Source: Patescibacteria group bacterium (GTDB lineage Bacteria > Patescibacteriota > UBA1384 > XYA2-FULL-43-10 > 1-14-0-10-43-13). From it: DNA of 64,000 nucleotides. The notes beneath the pieces are model-generated. The model was not told where the DNA came from, searched no databases, and saw nothing but the letters and a program-made list of their open reading frames with translations. Positions 43,961 through 53,247 of this stretch are shown here, piece after piece. Location: NCBI GenBank assembly GCA_041674765.1, contig JBAYVE010000001.1, forward strand, positions 2,321 to 66,320, in the 5' to 3' direction. A program made the position numbers and the translations under genes. How positions within the stretch are numbered: the first letter of the stretch is position 1; every line of letters starts with the position of its first letter.

Positions 43961-45226
43961 ATGAAAAGCGAGAATATTAAAATTTTAGCAATTGAAACCA
44001 GCTGTGATGAGACGGCTGCTGCTGTGATTGGAGTTAAAGACGGACAGCCGGTCATCCTATCGAATGTTGTCAGTTCGCAGATCGATCTTCATGCAAAGAC
44101 TGGCGGAGTTGTCCCTGAGGTGGCAAGCCGTGCTCACCTCGAAGCAATTATTCCGGTAATTACAGAAGCGCTGCTAGTGGCAAAAAATTTCAATATTCAA
44201 CAACCAACCCCCAATCAAATTCCAAATTGTAAGAACCAAATGGAAATTAAAAATTGGATGTTGAATGGACGTTGGAATTTGGAGGTTGGCAACTCTAAGA
44301 ATTTTCTTTTAGAAGATATTACCCATATTGCTGTGACGGCGGGACCGGGACTGATCGGATCGTTGCTGGTTGGATATAATGCTGCAAAGACTATCGCTTA
44401 TGCAAAAAATCTTCCAATTATTCCCATAAACCATATCGAAGGACACATATATTCAGCTTTCGCTGAATTAGGCCAAAAGCCAAAAGTAAAAAGCCAAAAG
44501 CCAGGAACAATTTTTCCGATCCTTGCCTTAACAGTCTCGGGTGGTCATACCTCGCTAACATTAATGAAAGGTCATGGTCAATACGAGACGATCGGTCAAA
44601 CACTCGATGATGCTGTTGGAGAGGCATATGACAAGGTCGCCAGATTGCTTGATCTGGGTTATCCTGGTGGACCAAAGATCGCTCAATTAGCACAACAATT
44701 TCGCGATAAATTTCTAAACAAATCTAAAAATTCATATGGCAATGAAGCAACAAATCAATTGAACAATAAAATAATTTTTCCTCGCCCAATTCTGAACGAT
44801 GGCACTTATAATTTTTCCCTCTCTGGCCTAAAGACAGCAGTGCTTGTGAAGGTTAAAAACATCATGACACAATTTGGTTATGCTACTCCAGATCAAATTC
44901 CAGAGAATACCAAAGAGGAGATCGCCTTCGCTTTCGAGGAGGCCGTCGCTGAAGTTCTGTCGGTCAAAACGGCAAAGGCTGCGATACAATATAGGGCGAA
45001 TGCGGTAATATTTGCGGGAGGCGTCTCAGCAAATACCTATCTTGGGGAGAGGATAAAGGATGAATTGGCAAAGACCAACACGGAGTTGCCAATCTGTATT
45101 CCCAAAAGAGAGTTGGCGGGAGACAATGCAGCAATGATCGGCATCGCGGCTTATTATCACATCTTGGATGGCAAAGTTCGAAAGTGGGACGATACAAAAG
45201 TTGATTCTGGTTGGGAGCTAGCCTAG
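43961..45226 (+). CDS. tsaD: tRNA N6-adenosine threonylcarbamoyltransferase TsaD (Kae1/Gcp) with an insertion of about 60 aa
   Basis: ILAIETSCDETAAAVI...GGVVPEVASRAHLE...; insertion NFNIQQPTPNQIPNCKNQMEIKNWMLNGRWNLEVGNSKNFLLED before ITHIAVTAGPGLIGSLLVG. Confidence 0.9.
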   Translation: MKSENIKILAIETSCDETAAAVIGVKDGQPVILSNVVSSQIDLHAKTGGVVPEVASRAHLEAIIPVITEALLVAKNFNIQQPTPNQIPNCKNQMEIKNWMLNGRWNLEVGNSKNFLLEDITHIAVTAGPGLIGSLLVGYNAAKTIAYAKNLPIIPINHIEGHIYSAFAELGQKPKVKSQKPGTIFPILALTVSGGHTSLTLMKGHGQYETIGQTLDDAVGEAYDKVARLLDLGYPGGPKIAQLAQQFRDKFLNKSKNSYGNEATNQLNNKIIFPRPILNDGTYNFSLSGLKTAVLVKVKNIMTQFGYATPDQIPENTKEEIAFAFEEAVAEVLSVKTAKAAIQYRANAVIFAGGVSANTYLGERIKDELAKTNTELPICIPKRELAGDNAAMIGIAAYYHILDGKVRKWDDTKVDSGWELA

Positions 45227-45390
45227 TTATTGATAAGAACTATTTTGCAATTGAAGGATAATATGGAATCATTTATGTCCTTCTGATAATTTTAGATCCC
45301 AATTAAGTTGATTCTTTGAAACGATAATACTAGAAAAGTTAGCCCCGAAAAAGTATAATCAACAAATAATTATTAATCTTTTATTGTTTT

Positions 45391-46029
45391 ATGATTACAG
45401 CCGTAGTAGACGTTCTGGCAAATGCCGTTATTGAGACAATTGATTTTGCGGGATACGCAGGTATTTTTTTCCTAATGCTGGTCGAAAGTTGCGGGATCCC
45501 GATGCCTTCCGAAGTAATAATGCCCTTCTCGGGGTTCCTGGTTTTTGAAGGCAAAATGACACTACTTGCCATCGTTCTTTATGGCGCTCTGGGCAATCTG
45601 GTCGGCTCTTGGCTAGCCTATTGGATTGGCTACAAGGGAGGGCGTCCGCTGATTGAAAAATACGGGAAATATTTCCTTATCTCCAAACATGATTTGGACT
45701 TGGCTGATAAATGGTTTCAAAAATGGGGGGATTGGACTGTATTTATTGGGCGTCTTTTGCCTGTTGTCCGCACATATATTTCGTTCCCGGCCGGTGTAGC
45801 AAAGATGGATTTTAAGAAGTTCAGCATCTATACTTTTCTAGGCGCTCTTCCCTGGACATTGCTTTTCGGCTGGCTTGGTATCAAGATGGGTGCAAATTGG
45901 GAACTGATTAGGGAAAAACTTCATAATTTTGATATGGCGATTTTATTGGTTGTGGTTTTGACGATTGTTCTCTATGTATGGCGCCATATTCGACAAAACA
46001 AAAAAATCAAAGCAGTAGAGGCCTCATAA
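45391..46029 (+). CDS. DedA/VTT-domain family membrane protein
   Basis: YAGIFFLMLVESCGIPMPSEVIMPFSGFL...GNLVGSWLAYWIGYKGGRPLIEKYGKYF...FIGRLLPVVRTYISFPAG. Confidence 0.8.
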   Translation: MITAVVDVLANAVIETIDFAGYAGIFFLMLVESCGIPMPSEVIMPFSGFLVFEGKMTLLAIVLYGALGNLVGSWLAYWIGYKGGRPLIEKYGKYFLISKHDLDLADKWFQKWGDWTVFIGRLLPVVRTYISFPAGVAKMDFKKFSIYTFLGALPWTLLFGWLGIKMGANWELIREKLHNFDMAILLVVVLTIVLYVWRHIRQNKKIKAVEAS

Positions 46030-46089
46030 ATAATAGTTAGCTCATACTAAAATACCCCGGCAATTCCGGGGTATTTTAGTAATTTCTTT

Positions 46090-46851
46090 TTAGAGAGATG
46101 TACTGGCGGGAGTGGCAGTGTCGTCGGCAGTATCATCAGAGGTAGTGTTTGTAGGGGTTGATCCAGCCTGCGATTGATTATCCTGTATTTGCGATGATGT
46201 TGGCTGAACTTGACTTTGATTAATAGCCGACGGGTTGATATCCGCTGTCTGGGACTGTGTATTGTCTACTGGCGCTGACGTAACCGGAGTCTGCGCCGGA
46301 GGAGTACCTGCTCCTGAACCGGCTGAGCTGAAGGAGAATGGTGAACTGTCTGCCTGGCCAAAAGCGATACCGGTATTTGCTGAATCCTGGTTTGGGGCAA
46401 CGGGGGCGGGAGCTGCAGCCGGCCGATCAAGTGGAAGGCTAGTATCGGTAACGGCTGTCGCCACTGGCGCAGGAGTATTAATCTCGGCCGGACCGAAGAT
46501 ATCTGCATTTAAGTCGGGGCTGCTGGCGGCAAATGGATCGGATGGCACAGCCGACCCAGTGGGCTGATCCCATGTGGCAGTCGGTGCTGACTCCAGAGCA
46601 GGCGGAGTGGCTGGTTGTCCGGCATTTGCCTCTGCTATTTGATCTGCATTACCTTCGTCCACAATCAGATCGGTGTGGGGAATACCGGTCAGCTTTTCTA
46701 GATGATGAACGCCGACAATGATGGCCGCGGGTTTACCATTTTTTGTAATAACATAAAGTTGTTCAGAATCTTCGACCTCATCGATTATTTTGTTAAGAGA
46801 GTCCCTCGCCTCGGTTACGGGTAAAATTTTCTCAACATCTACGTCTAGCAT
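46090..46851 (-). CDS. Phd/YefM-antitoxin-like N-terminal domain fused to an Ala/Pro/Thr/Ser/Gln-rich disordered tail of about 170 aa; no cognate toxin adjacent
   Basis: ILPVTEARDSLNKIIDEVEDSEQLYVITKNGKPAAIIVGVHHLEKL (YefM-like) then ...AGQPATPPALESAPTATWDQPTGSAVPSDPFAASSPDLN...TSAPVDNTQSQTADINPSAINQSQVQPTSSQIQDNQSQAGSTPTNTTSDDTADDTATPASTSL. Confidence 0.45.
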   Translation of the reverse strand: MLDVDVEKILPVTEARDSLNKIIDEVEDSEQLYVITKNGKPAAIIVGVHHLEKLTGIPHTDLIVDEGNADQIAEANAGQPATPPALESAPTATWDQPTGSAVPSDPFAASSPDLNADIFGPAEINTPAPVATAVTDTSLPLDRPAAAPAPVAPNQDSANTGIAFGQADSSPFSFSSAGSGAGTPPAQTPVTSAPVDNTQSQTADINPSAINQSQVQPTSSQIQDNQSQAGSTPTNTTSDDTADDTATPASTSL

Positions 46852-47021
46852 AAACCTCCTGATTTTTTTTAACGATTTTATTATGTTACTATTTTACCAC
46901 TATTTTAGCCATTTACTACTCATCTTGTTCCGGACATTAGCTCCTAATTTTATTTCTAAAAGCAAAGTGTTAAAATGATGGTGAACATTTCAAAGTGAAT
47001 TAAAAGCTAACAGGAATAAAA

Positions 47022-47447
47022 ATGAAAAATGAGAGGTATCAGGGTATTTTCCAATTTATAAAATTTGGGCTAGTTGGCGTGTCAAACACCGCCGTCGACT
47101 GGGTGATCTTTTTTCTCCTGACTATTACTTTTTTAAAGGAGGCCGAAACCTTTGCCAAAGCCCTTGCTTTTCTGGTCGCTATGTTGAACTCCTATCTCTG
47201 GAACACAATATGGACCTTCAAGAAGGAGTACAGGGATGCTACAGCGATAGAGGGTACAAATGTGAAGAGAGCTATCTTTATGAAATTTGCGGTTGTGAGC
47301 ATACTTGGCTGGGGGTTAAACACGCTCGCCTTTAATTTTACTCGCTTTGATCTCGATCAATCAAAAGTGATTGCATTAATCGTTGCTTCAGCGGTAGCCA
47401 CTCTGCTAAATTATTTTGCCAACAAACTCTGGACTTACAAGAAATAA
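47022..47447 (+). CDS. GtrA-family small membrane protein (polyprenyl-phosphate-sugar flippase-like)
   Basis: FIKFGLVGVSNTAVDWVIFFLL...KLWTYKK; 4 TM, about 140 aa. Confidence 0.6.
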   Translation: MKNERYQGIFQFIKFGLVGVSNTAVDWVIFFLLTITFLKEAETFAKALAFLVAMLNSYLWNTIWTFKKEYRDATAIEGTNVKRAIFMKFAVVSILGWGLNTLAFNFTRFDLDQSKVIALIVASAVATLLNYFANKLWTYKK

Positions 47448-47655
47448 GCAGCAAACAGTAAACTAGTTTTAAGCTGTTAAGTCTCAAACAGTGAGTTGAG
47501 CCTATAATACTTACTTTTTGGCCTGGCCAATACTCTTATTTTTAGCCTTCAACTTTTTGCTTTTAGGCTAATGTTAGTTCTCGCTTGCCTTTCGAGCAAA
47601 ACGGTTGTAATATTATCCTATAATTTTCGCAAATCTAATTTTTTATTGGAGAAAT

Positions 47656-48939
47656 ATGGCAAAGGAAAAAGGCAAGGTTGCAATTGTTGGTTTGGGATAC
47701 GTTGGTCTGCCGCTGGCTCTATTGGCCTCAAGAAAGGGATTTGAGGTTGTTGGTATTGATATTAATGAACAAAAGATTTCTCTCTTAAACGAACGCAAAA
47801 TGCCCTTTGTCGATGCAAAATTACAGAAAGAACTTTTGTTGACCAAGGCTAAATTCTATTCGGATATTGAAAAGATCTCCAGCGCAGAAACTATTGTAGT
47901 CTGCGTACCAACACCCGTTTATGACAATTATCTTCCCAATTTGGAACCAGTGAAGGGTGCAATGGATGGAATTGCCAAACAATTGAAGAAAGGGCAGCTG
48001 GTGATACTCGAGTCAACCGTCAACCCGGGTGTTTCCGATGAAGTAGCAATCCCAATTCTTGAGCAGAGCTCCGGTTTGAAGGTGAGCACAGACTTCTATT
48101 TTGCTCATTGTCCTGAGCGGATAAATCCTGGTGACGACAAATGGGATGTAGAAAATATTCCCCGTGTGGTTGGGGGGTCCGATAACCAAGCTTTGAAAAA
48201 GGCAACGACCTTCTACGAAGGGATTCTATCGGGCTCCGTAAAGCCGATGGGTTCTCTAAAAGAAGCAGAGGCCGTGAAAATTGTCGAAAATTCCTTCCGG
48301 GATATCAACATTGCCTTCGTCAATGAACTTGCTCAGTCATTTGCCCATTTGGGAATTGACGTCGTTAATGTCATCGAAGGTGCAGCCACTAAGCCTTTTT
48401 CATTTTTAGCCCATTTCCCTGGCTGTGGCGTTGGCGGCCATTGTATCCCAGTCGACCCGTACTATCTAATCGAATATGCCAAGAAAAATGGTTTCGAACA
48501 TGATTTTCTGCGTTTGGCTAGGAGAATAAACAACCAAATGCCGAGTTATGCCGTCAGCCAGATGGTCGAGGGGCTAAATGAGGCCAATAAATCAATCAAG
48601 GGTTCCGTAATTGCTGTTTTGGGTTTGGCTTATAAGTCGGGGATTGACGACTGCCGTGAGAGTCCCGCTTTCAAAATCATTGAGGAGTTAAAGGGATTGG
48701 GCGCTACTGTCAGGGTTTTTGATCCCTTCGTTATGGCCAAATCTGATGTTCAGAACTTGGATGAGGCTTTATCCGGTGCTACTGCCGTGATGGTCACAAC
48801 CGGCCATAAAATTTTCAAAGATTTGTTGCCTGATGATCTTTCCAAATACAAGATCAAGGTAGTGGTAGACGGACGGAATTGCCTAAATAAGGATAAGTTT
48901 AGAAACTCAAAATTAATTTATAAAGCCATAGGACGGTAA
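47656..48939 (+). CDS. Nucleotide-sugar dehydrogenase (UDP-glucose/GDP-mannose dehydrogenase family; possibly UDP-ManNAc or UDP-GlcNAc dehydrogenase)
   Basis: KVAIVGLGYVGLPLALLASRKGFEVVGIDIN (Rossmann); catalytic Cys region GCGVGGHCIPVDPYYL; TATAAT at 47618 upstream. Confidence 0.85.
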   Translation: MAKEKGKVAIVGLGYVGLPLALLASRKGFEVVGIDINEQKISLLNERKMPFVDAKLQKELLLTKAKFYSDIEKISSAETIVVCVPTPVYDNYLPNLEPVKGAMDGIAKQLKKGQLVILESTVNPGVSDEVAIPILEQSSGLKVSTDFYFAHCPERINPGDDKWDVENIPRVVGGSDNQALKKATTFYEGILSGSVKPMGSLKEAEAVKIVENSFRDINIAFVNELAQSFAHLGIDVVNVIEGAATKPFSFLAHFPGCGVGGHCIPVDPYYLIEYAKKNGFEHDFLRLARRINNQMPSYAVSQMVEGLNEANKSIKGSVIAVLGLAYKSGIDDCRESPAFKIIEELKGLGATVRVFDPFVMAKSDVQNLDEALSGATAVMVTTGHKIFKDLLPDDLSKYKIKVVVDGRNCLNKDKFRNSKLIYKAIGR

Positions 48940-50048
48940 TGTCTGAAGAAGTTCTTTGGAAAAAAATAGAGGGAGGGGTTTTTGTCATCGCCGAAATTGG
49001 CAAGAATTTCATCCAATCCGAAGAAGAGAAACCGGTTTTAGAATATTTGAAAAATGCCAAAAAACTTGCGTTGGCTGCCAAAGAAGCAGGTGCTGATGCT
49101 GTTAAGTTCCAGACCCATAATGTAGAAGATGAACAGATACAAACCAAAGTCGTCTCGCCTCATTTCAAAGGCATGGACCGCTACTCCTGGGTTAAACGCA
49201 ATACACTCGTAACTCCTTTGGAAGGTTTCTGGAAGCCGCTAAAAGCGTATTGTGACCAGATAGGAATCACGTTCTTTTCCACGCCGATGTCTCGTGGGGC
49301 TGCAGAGATTGTGGAGAAAATCGGTGTTGACCTTTGGAAGGTTGGATCAGGCGATATTTTAGACTTTGTCATGCTTGATTATTTGACTCAGACAAAAAAA
49401 CCGATCATTCTCTCAGCCGGAATGTCCACTTTGGAGGAGTTGGACCTTGCTTTGAATTTCCTGAAGAAAAGGAAGTCAAAATTCGCACTTTTGCACTGTG
49501 TTTCCCAATATCCCTGTCCTTTGGAGAAGCTAAATTTGTCGACGCTTGAATATTTCAAAGAGAGATATGAATGCCCGATCGGTTTTTCTGATCATTCGGT
49601 TGGTGAACAGGTGGCTCTTGCCGCAGTCAAGCAAGGCGCCAAAATTATTGAGAAACATTTTTCCTTCGGTCGTGATTTATGGGGCTCTGATCACAAAGTC
49701 TCGATGACACCTAAGGAGATGAAAGAGATGATAGACAAAATCCGTTTGCTGGAGAAGAAAATTTTTGTTGGGACGGACGAACAGTTGATTAAAAAAGCGA
49801 TGGGCAAGAAGGGAAAAATACTGCAGGAGGACGAAGCAGTCTTCCGTCCATTTTTTCGGAAGGCGCTAGTAGCCGGATGTGAGATTAAAAAGGGTGAGAA
49901 AATACAGCCGGAGATGATATATGCGATGAGACCGCAAGCATATATAGCCGGGCTTCACTCTGAAGAATATGAAAAAATAGTCGGTAAAGTTGCCAAAAAA
50001 AAATTTTCCAAATATGAGCCTTTTGATATTGATAGTATTTATAATTGA
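48939..50048 (+). CDS. neuB: NeuB-family nonulosonic acid synthase (N-acetylneuraminate/legionaminate synthase-like) with C-terminal SAF-like region
   Basis: VFVIAEIGKNF...AKEAGADAVKFQTH...; TIM-barrel NeuB signature; ATGA overlap with the upstream gene. Confidence 0.75.
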   Translation: MSEEVLWKKIEGGVFVIAEIGKNFIQSEEEKPVLEYLKNAKKLALAAKEAGADAVKFQTHNVEDEQIQTKVVSPHFKGMDRYSWVKRNTLVTPLEGFWKPLKAYCDQIGITFFSTPMSRGAAEIVEKIGVDLWKVGSGDILDFVMLDYLTQTKKPIILSAGMSTLEELDLALNFLKKRKSKFALLHCVSQYPCPLEKLNLSTLEYFKERYECPIGFSDHSVGEQVALAAVKQGAKIIEKHFSFGRDLWGSDHKVSMTPKEMKEMIDKIRLLEKKIFVGTDEQLIKKAMGKKGKILQEDEAVFRPFFRKALVAGCEIKKGEKIQPEMIYAMRPQAYIAGLHSEEYEKIVGKVAKKKFSKYEPFDIDSIYN

Positions 50049-51394
50049 CGGTTCATTCTATGAGCATTAAAAAACTGTTAGGTGAGATGGTAAAGATATT
50101 CATTAATTTTCTAAGAGTGTTAAAGAGTCATTGGTTTGTAATATTTTTGCTTGCTGTCGGTCTCTTTTATTCATTTTATAGCGCTGTTTTTCTGAAACCT
50201 CATGATGCAGACAATCTAATTGCGCTCTCCTTCGGCTTAAGAAACCCTTCTGAGTTTATTACGGGGTCTTTTACTTCATATTTTCCGGCTTACCGTCCGT
50301 TGGCACAGCTTATTATCTGGTTCCAGTATCAGATTTCAGGCGTAAGCTCTTCAGAGAGTTACTTTGTTATAAATATTCTAATTTGGCTTCTTTGCGCTGT
50401 TTTTGTATATCTGATTGTCCATAATCTAACAAAGCACAAAGTTGCCTCTGCTGCCGCTTCTTTATTACTGTTTCTCGATCAGCGATCTTTCAATTCGATT
50501 ATTTGGATAGGCGAAAGACAGAGTTCGTTAGCTGTTCTATTCGGTTTGGCTGCTTTGTTCGTCAGCCTTCGTACCAATCGATATAACATTGCTCGGATCT
50601 TCTTGATTATGTTTTTATTACTTGCTGCTATGCTGTGCAAAGAATATGGAATTGCTTTTGCCGGCGCAATTGTTCTTATCGCTTTTACTAAGAAAAAAGA
50701 CAAAGGCAAGTTAATCTTGGCCTCAATTCTTTCTGTTGTTATCTATTTCGTGATGCGTTTTGTTATCGCTAGTGGCGGGGGCCTGCGTAATTACTGCGAA
50801 GATATGGGCTATTTTCAAACGGTCGCATATATTTGTTATCAAAATTTGCCGCTGATGGTTGAGATCAAACAGCATATCTATAATACCGGTGCATCGTTCA
50901 TAGGCACCTTTATGCCATTGGCCTTCACCGATAAGGGGCAGATAATTCTATCGCCGGAAATAATTATTCATTATGCCCCGAGCTTTGTTCTGGCGTTGTG
51001 GGTAACTTGTCTTGCTATCTTTGCACTAATAAAGCAACACAAGAAGGCCTTACCCTTTTTGGGTTTAATAATCTTCTGTGCCATCCTAAATTTTATGCTT
51101 TACCGCGGACGCAATCAGTTGGTCGGAGTGACCGGCTTATCGATAATTTTCGGTTTGGGCCTCTCTGGTTTAAAGGTGAAGAAGCAATTAATACCGCTCT
51201 TTTGCTTTGTTATAGTTTTTTTAATACTTTTATTTCCGGGCAGGAGGCTTAGAAATGATATTCTTGAATACACGGCGCTTGAACCCAGCAATACCTACTG
51301 CTTGCAGGAGAGATACCCATTTGATATTAATAGGGATGTGGTTAGCAATTTAAATCAAAAATACAATCTAATATTTAGGGAATGTGATGACTAA
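50045..51394 (+). CDS. Polytopic membrane protein, putative GT-C glycosyltransferase (ArnT/PMT/GtrC-like)
   Basis: About 11 hydrophobic helices; acidic motif HDADN in the first extracytoplasmic loop, as in GT-C enzymes; sits within the glycan locus. Confidence 0.4.
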   Translation: MTVHSMSIKKLLGEMVKIFINFLRVLKSHWFVIFLLAVGLFYSFYSAVFLKPHDADNLIALSFGLRNPSEFITGSFTSYFPAYRPLAQLIIWFQYQISGVSSSESYFVINILIWLLCAVFVYLIVHNLTKHKVASAAASLLLFLDQRSFNSIIWIGERQSSLAVLFGLAALFVSLRTNRYNIARIFLIMFLLLAAMLCKEYGIAFAGAIVLIAFTKKKDKGKLILASILSVVIYFVMRFVIASGGGLRNYCEDMGYFQTVAYICYQNLPLMVEIKQHIYNTGASFIGTFMPLAFTDKGQIILSPEIIIHYAPSFVLALWVTCLAIFALIKQHKKALPFLGLIIFCAILNFMLYRGRNQLVGVTGLSIIFGLGLSGLKVKKQLIPLFCFVIVFLILLFPGRRLRNDILEYTALEPSNTYCLQERYPFDINRDVVSNLNQKYNLIFRECDD

Positions 51395-52166
51395 AAATAC
51401 CAAAGTAGTTATTCTGGCCGGAGGGCTTGGAACAAGGATAAGCGAAGAAACGACCCTAAAACCGAAACCAATGGTAGAGATCGGAGGCAAACCGATCCTC
51501 TGGCATATAATGAAGATCTATTCAGAACAGGGTTTCAATGATTTCATTATTTGCCTTGGCTACAAGGGTTTTTACATCAAAGAATGGTTTAGTCATTACT
51601 ATCTTCATCGGTCTGATGTTACCTTTGATTTTGAAAAGAACCAGACGATATTCCATAATCCCAAATCAGAAGATTGGAAGGTGACTCTAGCCGATACAGG
51701 GGAAGCAACGATGACGGGTGGCAGAATCAAGCGAATCAAGGATTATATTGGCGATAAGACTTTTATGCTGACCTATGGAGACGGGGTCAGCGATGTGGAT
51801 ATAAACAAGTTGCTGAAATTCCACAAAAGAAGCAAAAAGATTGCGACTATGACCTCAGTTATTCCGGAGGGCAGATTTGGTGCCCTGAAACTAATGGGAT
51901 CAAAAGTTAAAAATTTTGCTGAGAAGCACGATAACAAGTCAAGGATCAACGCCGGATTCTTTGTACTAGAACCAGCGATTTTTAACTATATTGAAGGAGA
52001 TGAAACTGTTTTCGAGCAGGAGCCACTGCAAAGGTTAGCGGAGGAAGGGCAGCTGGTAACTTTTAAACACGAAGGTTTCTGGAAGGCGATGGATAGTTTG
52101 TCGGATAAAAATAAATTGGAAGCGATGTGGGAAAACTGCGACGCTCCCTGGAAGACTTGGGAATAA
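51384..52166 (+). CDS. rfbF: Glucose-1-phosphate cytidylyltransferase (RfbF/DdhA)
   Basis: VVILAGGLGTRISEETTLKPKPMVEIGGKPILWHIMKIYSEQGFNDFIICLGYKG is near-identical in pattern to RfbF. Confidence 0.9.
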   Translation: MMTKNTKVVILAGGLGTRISEETTLKPKPMVEIGGKPILWHIMKIYSEQGFNDFIICLGYKGFYIKEWFSHYYLHRSDVTFDFEKNQTIFHNPKSEDWKVTLADTGEATMTGGRIKRIKDYIGDKTFMLTYGDGVSDVDINKLLKFHKRSKKIATMTSVIPEGRFGALKLMGSKVKNFAEKHDNKSRINAGFFVLEPAIFNYIEGDETVFEQEPLQRLAEEGQLVTFKHEGFWKAMDSLSDKNKLEAMWENCDAPWKTWE

Positions 52167-52167
52167 A

Positions 52168-53238
52168 ATGCAGATCACGGAGTTTATAAAAGGCAAAAAG
52201 TTTTTAGTAACAGGACATACCGGTTTTAAAGGGGCTTGGCTGACTAAAATTATTCTTCAGTTCGGCGGAGAGGTCTCAGGTTACGCCCTGGCGCCGAATA
52301 CGTCCCCTTCCCTTTTTGAGGCCTTAGGTTTGAAGTCTCAGATAGAGAATCATTTTGGTGATATTAGAGATCTCGAAAAATTTGATAAAGTAGTAGCTGC
52401 TTACAAGCCTGATGTTATTCTCCATCTTGCTGCTCAACCATTGGTTCGGGCATCTTATGATAAACCGGTTTATACTTTCGAGGCAAATGTTATTGGCACA
52501 GTTAACGTGCTAGAAAGTATCCGCAGAAATAAGATAAAATCCGGTGTCATTATCACGACCGACAAAGTATACAAAAATCTGGAGAAGGATGTTTTATTTA
52601 AAGAAGAAGATGCACTCGGGGGACACGATCCCTATAGTGCCAGCAAGGCTTGCACGGAGATAGTTGCTGATTCGTATATCAAATCATTTTTTTCAACCGA
52701 AAAGTATAAGAAAGATCATGAAACCCTAATAGCTACTGCCCGTGCCGGCAACGTCATTGGCGGGGGAGACTGGGCAGAGGATCGGCTGATTCCAGATGTC
52801 GTACGTTCACTTTTTACCACAAAGGAGACGCTGATCCTGAGAAATCCATCTGCAGTTAGGCCTTGGCAACATGTTTTCGAGTCACTTTATGGTTATCTGC
52901 TATTGGCTTGCCGGCTACACAACGGCGAAAAAAACTTTGTCGGCGCCTGGAATTTCGGCCCTGAAAAAAGTGATATGCTCAAGGTTGAAGAAATCATCAA
53001 GAAGCTTCTTGGAATTCTAGGCAATTATAAAGTCTGCCCTGACCCAGCCAAACCGGAGATGATGCTTTTGAAATTGGACAACAGTCGAGCCAAAGAACTT
53101 TTGAAATGGAAAACTACCTATAACATTGATCAGGCCGTAGAAACGACAGCGGCTTGGTATAGAGCATTTTTTAATGAGAAAAATAAAATAGGAGAATTTT
53201 CCGAGTCACAAATAAAAGAATATTTCCATAATAAATAA
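52168..53238 (+). CDS. rfbG: CDP-glucose 4,6-dehydratase (RfbG/DdhB)
   Basis: FIKGKKFLVTGHTGFKGAWLTKIIL...; YSASKAC; SDR extended family. Confidence 0.9.
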   Translation: MQITEFIKGKKFLVTGHTGFKGAWLTKIILQFGGEVSGYALAPNTSPSLFEALGLKSQIENHFGDIRDLEKFDKVVAAYKPDVILHLAAQPLVRASYDKPVYTFEANVIGTVNVLESIRRNKIKSGVIITTDKVYKNLEKDVLFKEEDALGGHDPYSASKACTEIVADSYIKSFFSTEKYKKDHETLIATARAGNVIGGGDWAEDRLIPDVVRSLFTTKETLILRNPSAVRPWQHVFESLYGYLLLACRLHNGEKNFVGAWNFGPEKSDMLKVEEIIKKLLGILGNYKVCPDPAKPEMMLLKLDNSRAKELLKWKTTYNIDQAVETTAAWYRAFFNEKNKIGEFSESQIKEYFHNK

Positions 53239-53247
53239 AGGTTAGAG

